Positions 55,147 to 64,000 of a stretch of 64,000 nucleotides of DNA are shown here, one piece after another. Position 1 is the stretch's first letter; every line of letters begins with the position of its first letter. The notes beneath the pieces are model-generated. The model worked only from the letters and a program-made list of their open reading frames with translations. It did not search any database and was not told the origin of the DNA. This DNA is from Seison nebaliae. Taxonomy: Eukaryota. Both the position numbers and the translations under genes were made by a program. The stretch covers positions 1-64,000 of the forward strand of contig JALJEE010000537.1 in assembly GCA_023231475.1 (NCBI GenBank). Direction: 5' to 3'.

Positions 55147-58100
55147 ATGTCAAAGTCAAATTTGACAATGTTAATCGATACCATTCAAACGGAACTTCAC
55201 AATTTAGTTCATGAATCGAAGAAGAAATATATTCCGGTGAAGGATGTGGCTGAATCGGCACTTGTCCAATTGAAGAAAGTGGACATGAATAATTATCCTG
55301 CTTGTATGAAGGAATTTGTGGACGATAAACTTCTGCGACCGTTAACAATGGCGTGTAATACATGTCAACCGAAATTGGTGACGGTAGCTCTCGGTCTCTT
55401 GCAACGATTGGCTCAATATCAATTGTTCTCAATTGATCATGTTCCCATAATTGTAGACGCTCTCTGGAAATTAGCATTCCATCGTCTTGAAGAATTGCGC
55501 GTGCTCCAAATTAGTCTCTTATTAATCAGTGATATTTCAGAGATTCGAAATGAACATTTATCAAGATTAATTTGTATTTCACTTTCATTCTGTGTGTCAA
55601 CAAACGACGTCATAACAGTCAATACAGCGACAGCAACGACACAACAAATATTTTATGCGATTTTTGAACGATTTCTACGAGAAACAGAAAATGAAAAGAA
55701 TAATAATGATAATAATAATAATATTAACAATAATAACAATAATAATAATAATAATAACAATAGGCCTATGGAGAAGATGGAGAAGAATTTGAAGAAGAAT
55801 AAAAAAGAGAAAATTGTAAGTGAATGTGATGAGAAGAAAATTTCGAATGATAATGATGATGTAATAAAAATTAATAGTGGAAGAAATAGAAATTCTTTAT
55901 CATCATCTGGTGAGGATGAGGAAGAGATTCCGATGTCACTCAGCGAATATGGAAAAGATGCTTATCGTCTTCTGCAGGATTTATGTGCGATAACTTCCGG
56001 TGATGATGATGTGATTTGGTTGAAGGATTTATTTCATCTAATGGATCATTATATGAAATATGTTCAAACGAATTCAAATCATCCTTCATCGCAATCTCCG
56101 AATAATCGAAAACATTTCTATCGAACTTGTCACCATAATTGTTGGTTCAATTTCGGATTGGAATTATTGGAATCCATTCTCTTCACTTTCCATTCGGCGT
56201 TCATTAAACATGAAGAATTTCGCGATTTACTCCGAACGAGAATGTGTCCACTTATCATCAAGAACTTTTCGACTTGTTTATCGATGCCGATGAAGGAAAG
56301 ACATTCCTCCGATTCAAAACATAAAAATCAAATGAATTTGTTAGTGAATGATTTTCTAGTAATGGAATATAATGGACATCATGTCACTAATCATTCGATA
56401 AGTCAACAACAAAATTCAAATAATTTAGGATTGGGAGGAAGTGGTCATTCAACAAACGGTACGTCTTCCGTTAATTCTTCAAATCAACTTTTCTGTCAAA
56501 TTGGAAATTGTTCTTATGGAATTTTTGGAGTGACTATCCGTCTCATTCGAATCGTATATATCGTTCTCCGTTATTATTTCCAATATCTGGTAACTGAATC
56601 GGAAATCTTCTCAACATTCCTCCTCAAAATGATCAATTCGGAACGATTTGTTTGGCAGAAAATTATCGCTCTAGAGACATTATTTAAATTATTTCATTAT
56701 TCAAATTATATCGAAGATATCGCTACGAAATTGGGACCGCGTCAACGAACAAATTCCACCACTTCATCCACTTCAACTATCAAAAATGGAAGTATTCATA
56801 GTGACGATTTACCACCAGATGATTTGGAAGGATCGTTGAATGAGAACGAGAGACATTTGACTGATAATCTTAAATTGAAATATCGGAGTCGTCATAAATC
56901 ACCTCCCATTTCCATATTGTCGGAAATTGTTAATGGATTAAATTCATATTTGAATTTTATTATCGATCGAATGCCATCAAAACATCTCTCCACCATCGAT
57001 ACGACGACGAATGAGAAAGAGAATGAGAATAAAAAAACGTTGAATCAAGTCTCAGGAATTAGTAGTTATGGAAATATAACATATACGGAAACGGAAGGAA
57101 ATTTGAATGATCAGAAAGAATATAACGGTTTTATTCATCATTCACTTCTTTTTCCTTTAGTGAATTCGGAGAAAGTTGAATCATTATTTGAACGTAATTC
57201 ATCTTTCAATCGTCAAATGAGTCAAGAAACGAAATATTCTCATCGGAAAGTATCGATGTCGAATAAATGTCTTTCACTTCTATTTGATGCTTTAGATAAA
57301 TGTGATGCTCCTACCATTCCTGAAGGATATTCGATGACATTACTCTACATTTGTAATATTTCATTAGTTCGATGTATCGAACAATTTTCAAATCAGTCCA
57401 CTATTTTGAAAGCGGTCGTTTTAAGTATCTGGTCTGGAATTTATGCTTCCCTCATTAATTGGTTGAAAATCAGTGCGACTTATTGGATCAGTGATATCGT
57501 TGTAGATAGTATGTTGAGAATGATAAAATATTCGTCAATGGTCAATTTGAAAACGGAAAGACATTTATTCCTCAACACTCTTTGTCAACATTCATTTCCG
57601 CTCCATTATTCAATGATCGTCATCGCTTCAACTGGTGAAACGGAAAAAAATCTCTCACGACCATTACCACCATCTGAATTTCTTACACTCATCAATCAAA
57701 CGAATAAAAGTTATGATAAACAACAACAACAACATTTATCGAAAGCAATAACAACATTTAATAATTTATCTGCTACATCAAATGTCAGTTCAGTATCGAA
57801 TGTAGCGACAGCTCTCGTTCCAACAACAACATCATCTACATCATCACTTAATCAACATGGAGGTCATTCAACATCGATTAATTTAACTTCATCATCTTCA
57901 ACAGCATTATCATCAACTTTGACGACTGCAGGAATCGTTTCACATCAATTGACGATGAATAATCAATTATTGGGATCGATTGTCGGTCATATGCAAAATT
58001 TCGTCGTTAACGGTTTCGCTTTGATGACGGAAACACGTCCCATTACCTCATCGGTAGGTTTAACACAAAAAAATATATTATGTATTAAATCAATTTTAAA

Positions 58101-61100
58101 TTATTTGAGTAAAGAAATGTCAGAATTTGATTCTTGTTGGTCACTCTTATTAACGACACTTCAACATTTCACTTGGATTATGGAAATCGAAGGGAAATGT
58201 GATGGAACATTCGTCAATCCATATCCAGCATTAGCGTCTCCCATCGATCAGCAGATCCAAACGAAAGAAGAAAAACCAGATAATGGTGACGGAAATAAAC
58301 GGGAAATAGAAATAGATAATCAAATTAAATTGACATCGAATATGGGAAAGAATGAACAGAAATATGAATTTTATGTTGAATTATCAAAATGGTTATTATG
58401 TAAACAATTGTCTCATCCGAGTCGGAATGAATTGAAAGAGATTTTATTGGCAATCGAAAAATTGAATGTGGAGAATTTGCGACTTTGTATTTCGTTGACT
58501 TCACATCGATCCTCTCCCAAACAACTCCTCCATCAATCCTTCAGTAATGATGATCTGGATAATGAAAATTTAGAGGATACACCAATTGATGGAACGATTT
58601 CATTATCGACGAATATGCATCGACATTTCCCTTCCTATTTCTCCATGACAGTTTTCATTTCGATTTATTCGAAAAATATCGAGAGATTTGATGAGTTCAA
58701 AGATTGTTTCTATTCAGCTCTCGTCAAAGGTTGTATGCAATCACATGAGAAATATCGAAATTTCGCCGTTTCTTGTATGTTACATGTGATTGAATTGAAT
58801 GTGGATTATTGTGTGAAGAAACGAGAGAAAAAATCGAGTGATCGAATGGAAGTTTGTTTTTTGAAAGATTCTTCCAATTTGACAGTTCGTCTGAGAAATT
58901 ACGAAGATTATTTAGAGAAAGAAACTATGGAATTATTAGCGGCATTAACAACAGTTCCATTTACTGATGTGAGACAAAAACAAATTCAAACAATTCTTCA
59001 AATTCTCAAATATCATGGATATTCTTTATCCACCATCAGTTGGTTTGCAATTCTCGATATACTTCTTTCCGTCGCTCATCTCATTAAGAAACATGCGACA
59101 CTAATCGAAATTATGAGAAGTGCATTCGGTATCATTTGTTTGATAGTGAATGATTTGATGGATCTCGTCTCATATCGAGCGATATCATCATTAATTTATC
59201 TCATTTCCATCTTTGTTCATCAACGTGTTGATTTAAATATGTCATTGACATCAGTCGGTCTATTGTTGAATGTAAACGATTTCCTCCATCACAAACAAGA
59301 GAAATTATTGAAACAAATTAATGATAATAAGATTCTGGAAAACCATCAAGATAATAATAATGATGGAAATTTATTAAATTTATTTTTCGAATCAAATCGT
59401 GATGACGAGAAATATTTATTGAATCTCGTCCAATCTCATGAATTATTTTCATCGAAATTATTGATGGAATCATCCACAAGCATTTATCATTCCATGGAAT
59501 TCTTCGAGAAAGGTAATGGAATTGAATTCATTAAACAAATCGAAAATAATATGACATTCATCGAATTATTACGAATGTATATTTATCAGCAATTGGCATC
59601 ATCATCATTAGATTCTCGATCGGCCATCAGGAAATCATCAGCTCAAACTTTCTTTTTAACATTATCTCAATTGAAAAATAGTTTAAATACGACAGCTCAT
59701 ATTTATTTGTTATTACAAATAGTTTTTCCAATGCAAATTCATATCGATCATCAACTTGTTTCCAATTGTCATTTATATCAGGAATATTTAGATGAAATTC
59801 ATCAATTAGATAATAAAGAATCATCCGAAGATCTTTCCACACTCAATTCTATGTCAAGTGCTGCCGATCCTATCGACATGGAAGATAAAACTATTCTTAC
59901 ACATCATTCTCGTAATACTCTCCTCAAACAATGGAGTGAAACGAGTGTCATCGTTTTATCGAATGTAACACGAATTTTTAATGCGGTAGAAATGTGTCAA
60001 AATGGAATGGTAGAAATGCCACAATTTCCGTTAATATGGAAAATTCTCTTATATATCATTCGAACTGGATCGTTACATTTCATTTCTGACGAAGTCTCTC
60101 AAGCATCTCTCCAATGTTTCCATGACATCATGCAAAATGATCTTGTTTCACTCGACGAATCGGCAAAGAATTCACATCAAATATTTTCCTCAGCAAATAA
60201 TGATATAAAAATTCAAAAATTTACTGGTGTTCTCTCATTGGAACATTATCAATTGGCTTGGGATGTATGGTATACCATCGCCAATACATGTCATCGTATT
60301 CTCATTAAACAATTAGTGAGTACTTTGAAAGAGAAAGATGACGATAATGACTCATTAAATAATCTTTTGAAATCCTCCAACAATATCATAACGGATGATA
60401 AAAATGATCAAGACAACGATCTTCCTATCAACATGAAACAAAAACAACTGATCAAATTGATGATTCGACACGGGAAATATGGACCTAATTCAACATATAT
60501 TGTTCGTCTTCTCATTCTGGTGAGGAGAATCATCAATAATTTGAATTTGAGTTTCAATTCGTTGAAATTCGAACAATTAATGACAATTGTCATGCAATTA
60601 CTCTTCACTACAACTGTCAGTGTCAAAGATTTTTCCACACAAGCCAATTTGATTTTGAATGAAATTCTCGATCCGAAAATAACCGCCGCACAAATCGAAG
60701 TGAGAACTTTATTCCGATTTCTTCTTGTTTGGCTTATCGTTGTTTATGGTGATCGGAAAGAAGAAGATTTAAATGAATTGAAATCGATTTGGTTCGGTCA
60801 ATTGGAGGTTGATGAAAAGATGGTAAATAATATGAAATATTTGAAATGTGAAAATTGTGAAATACTTTTCATCGAATCATTAAAATCCTTCAATAATGCC
60901 ATCGATCATTTGAATCAATATGGAAATGATGTGAGTCGTTGTATTTTGCAAGATGTTTATGATAAAATTCTCGCTTTCTCTGCCATGTCTTGTTTTCCTT
61001 TGATGCATCCACTTAAATTATATAATTCGAAATTGAGTTGTCTATACAAACAACCGATGTATTTCTATTTGTTATTATCAAGATCATCAATTGGATTCAA

Positions 61101-63246
61101 TTCGTTATATTTAGAAGATATTCGAAATAAAAGATCATCAAAACGGTTTCTTGATGAGACGATGGATTTCCTTTCAAATCATTACGAATATAAAGAGAAA
61201 TTGATGAAGAAAATGGATTTCTTATCGAAATTTTATGAACAAATTAAAGAGCAATTTATTTATAATGAATCGAAAAATTTGACAGATAATTTATCGACTT
61301 TAATCGCTTCAATGAAAAAGAGACGTCGATTACAAAAGAATAAAAATAAAAATAAAGATGAATGTAAAACTTTATTGAATTCTGTTGCTGATTCCAATCA
61401 TGAGAATTTGAAAGAGATTGATGATGTCGATGCTTTGGAACGATTGAAATTGCCAATCACTTCCGTATGGTATGTATCGACGATATCATTTGGTGAGAAT
61501 GTTCTCTCATTAATTGCCGATTTCACTTTAACTTATGCGATGCAAATGCAGAAGAATTATGATGAAGTAACTTCCACATCCAATCGACATATGGAAAATA
61601 AGGAGAAATTGGGCAATCTCTTAAATTTCTCGTCCGGTTCATATATTTATCTCATAGATCGTCTCCTTCATTCTCTCCATCTTATTCTTCGAATAAAATA
61701 TCGATGTTTCAATCTCTCTACGTGGCGATTGGCGATCGATTGTTACATTCGAATAATCGAGACGACAATGCCAATTTTGAGACGAGATCATTTCCTCCAA
61801 AATAATCTCATTACCATCAGTACTATGTCAATGGATAATCAGCGACATGTTACATCAGAGCAAATTTTTTATTTTGAATTATTTCGTCATTTCGTGGCGA
61901 TTACTTATGTGTTCCTTTATTCGTCGTCACAGAATGACGCGAATATCGCTAACGAACAAATTCAAGTTGATGAAATTCTCGATTGTAAATTAATAAATGT
62001 TTTTATTTTTATTATTATTATTAATTAATTATTTATTTATTTTAAGGTAATTAATAAAGAAATATTTGAACATCAAAGTCAATTTCCAACCAATTTCATT
62101 CGATCATTAATCCATTTGGTAGATTGTGGAACGGTGATCAATCGATCCATGAGTAAAACGGGACGACATGATCTAAATGAATTTCTCACCATGTTACCCA
62201 AAGTGGAATTGTGGCAGGAACAGGAATTAGACGTAAAAATAATAATTCGTCAACTCAATAACGGAATTCAACAGGATAAGAAGAATTTCATCGAATTATG
62301 TTATACCATCATGCAGGAATTGCAAAAACGAGCTATCGTCCATCAAAGTCGACGTGAAATTATCAGATTGAGTGGAATTGATAACGAGGAGAAATTCGAA
62401 CATCAAATGATCCATGAACAAGATACAATCGAATGTGATGATGAGAAAGTTGAACGATCAAAAAGAATTGACGTCGATAATTCCGATGTTGACGACGATG
62501 ATAGTGATGATGAAGAGGAAGAAGAAATAGTTTTATTACAAGACGCCACCAATCCAAATGTCATTCATAAACAACCATTAATTGATGCTACTAAAAATTA
62601 TAATAATAACAATAACAATGAGGTTAAGATGGAAATTAATTTTTTTGAAGGTGTCGATCTGATGGATTTCCTTTACAAATGTCATGACGGAATCATATCA
62701 CGAATTCATGATTTGAATATTGATTGGCGACCCACACCAAAATCGATTCCACTCATCAAATATTATTCGTGGACGATGACTGATTTCATCAATAAACATG
62801 TTCATGTCACTCAGACGTTCGATGAGAATGACGAAGTTTCATCATCCACTGGTGGTCGATTACAAGATGAACAAATAAGACATGATAATTTTCAGTACAT
62901 TTTGAAAAATGTCGAAGATTGTATGAAAGCGACGGAGGAGCGCATTCTCAATGCTCAATTGACGCCGAAACAAATCGATAATTTAGAAGCGGACGTCAAT
63001 AATGCTTATGAATCATTTATCGATATATATCGATTATTATTGGCATATCTCACACTCACACGATTTAGTGCCAATGAACGAGATAAAAACTCGCAAAATT
63101 ACATTATCTCTATCGGACATTATGATGCGATGAGAAGAAATCGAAGTAATATCAGAGATCATCGTTCGAAAATTAATGATCTTCTTTTACGATTCTCTCT
63201 CGTTTTCAGTTGGAAGGAAAGAATTCAATTGAAACGATCTAAATAA
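55147..63246 (+). CDS. MON2: MON2 (Arf-GEF-like endosome/Golgi trafficking scaffold), about 2680 aa
   Basis: LIDTIQTELHNLVHESKKKYIPVKDVAES, LEELRVLQ, NTATAT, KDAYRLLQDLC, FGLELLESIL, DLNMSLTSVGLL, DSRSAIRKSSAQTFF and HHSRNTLLKQWSET are MON2 motifs; single intron 61999-62046. Confidence 0.93.
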
Positions 63247-63691
63247 CGATCATTATGAATTATATCTTGAAGTTTTATTCCATTTTTTTCCTTCTCCTAT
63301 TCCCGATATGAATTTATCCATTCATTTATTTTATAGAAAAATTTCAATAAAATTCTTCTAAATTCTTTCCCATCAAAAATTTTCTCATTTTCTTAAATTA
63401 TAATGAATTTTAATTAATTTTTTCTTATGAAAACAAAAATTTTTCATTTTCAAATTTGTTCAACTAAAAAATTTTTCCTTTTTAATTTTATCTTTTACTA
63501 AAACAATTAATTAATTTCCTTTTTTTTATTCTCTCCAGATTATTATTATTTTTAACATTTTAATTTTCTTCAATACTAAATTGAAAATAAGATCATCTCC
63601 GATGAAACTCAATTGCGATATAATTAAGAATGAACTCCAATATAATTTGCTCCAAAGTTAGAATGATTGTTAAGAAAATTTATTGAATTCT

Positions 63692-64000
63692 TTAGAAACG
63701 ATTCGAACAATCTCGAAATTGTCGTCTCGTATAATTATCCATTTCAAACAACATTCCACTGTTTTCGTTGTATCGGAATTTGACGATTGTGATCCGTGGA
63801 TGTGGAAGAGTATCAATAATGTTAAGGAGAATTGAGAGAATTTTTATAAATAATTTCAAATAGAATTTTCTTTTTACTAATTCGACAGTGAGAGGATATT
63901 CAGATGAAGCTAATGAAATAGTTGTCCAATTATCGTCGAGGGAACTTCGACAATGTTTCCACGACAGACAATTTGATAAGATCGAGAAAATATCGATCGA
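63692..64000 (-). CDS. Possible 3' end of an unidentified gene entering from the right edge
   Basis: About 102 open codons from the edge (SIDIFSILSNCLSWKHCRSSLDDNW..FRDCSNRF*) followed by AATAAA; no family recognised. Confidence 0.4.
   Translation of the reverse strand, partial: SIDIFSILSNCLSWKHCRSSLDDNWTTISLASSEYPLTVELVKRKFYLKLFIKILSILLNIIDTLPHPRITIVKFRYNENSGMLFEMDNYTRRQFRDCSNRF

Overview
Very AT-rich nuclear DNA from a compact animal genome, standard genetic code (TAA and TGA both end recognisable genes). The species cannot be identified from the sequence alone. The ORF track is fragmented because genes are split by many short (mostly about 43-70 nt) GT-AG introns, which I reconstructed by hand. 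Gene order: HECT E3 ligase fragment with a premature stop (-), Islet LIM-homeobox (-), orphan secreted protein (-), LicD/fukutin-family transferase (+), CatSper-beta (-), U2AF65 (+), a duplicated U2AF65 UHM module (+), divergent Hsp70-family gene (-), Crk-like SH2-SH3 adaptor (-), ETF-beta (-), FARP/Cdep FERM-RhoGEF-PH (+), PRD-class homeobox (+), two tandem Cks1 paralogues (+), small secreted orphan (-), CFAP65 (-), MON2 (+), and a possible gene end at the right edge (-). Most notable: (1) nearly all of the roughly 60 introns I traced begin GTT, none has the canonical GTRAG donor, and acceptor choice looks length-constrained; (2) a tandem duplication gives an intact but diverged second copy of the U2AF65 UHM domain, usable as a stand-alone protein or as an alternative last exon; (3) an apparently intact CatSper-beta gene; (4) extreme gene packing (5-8 bp between convergent stop codons, 79-152 bp between tandem genes) with AG acceptors just before many start codons. 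No tRNA, rRNA, CRISPR or intact transposon was recognised. All gene calls rest on motif recognition, not database searches.
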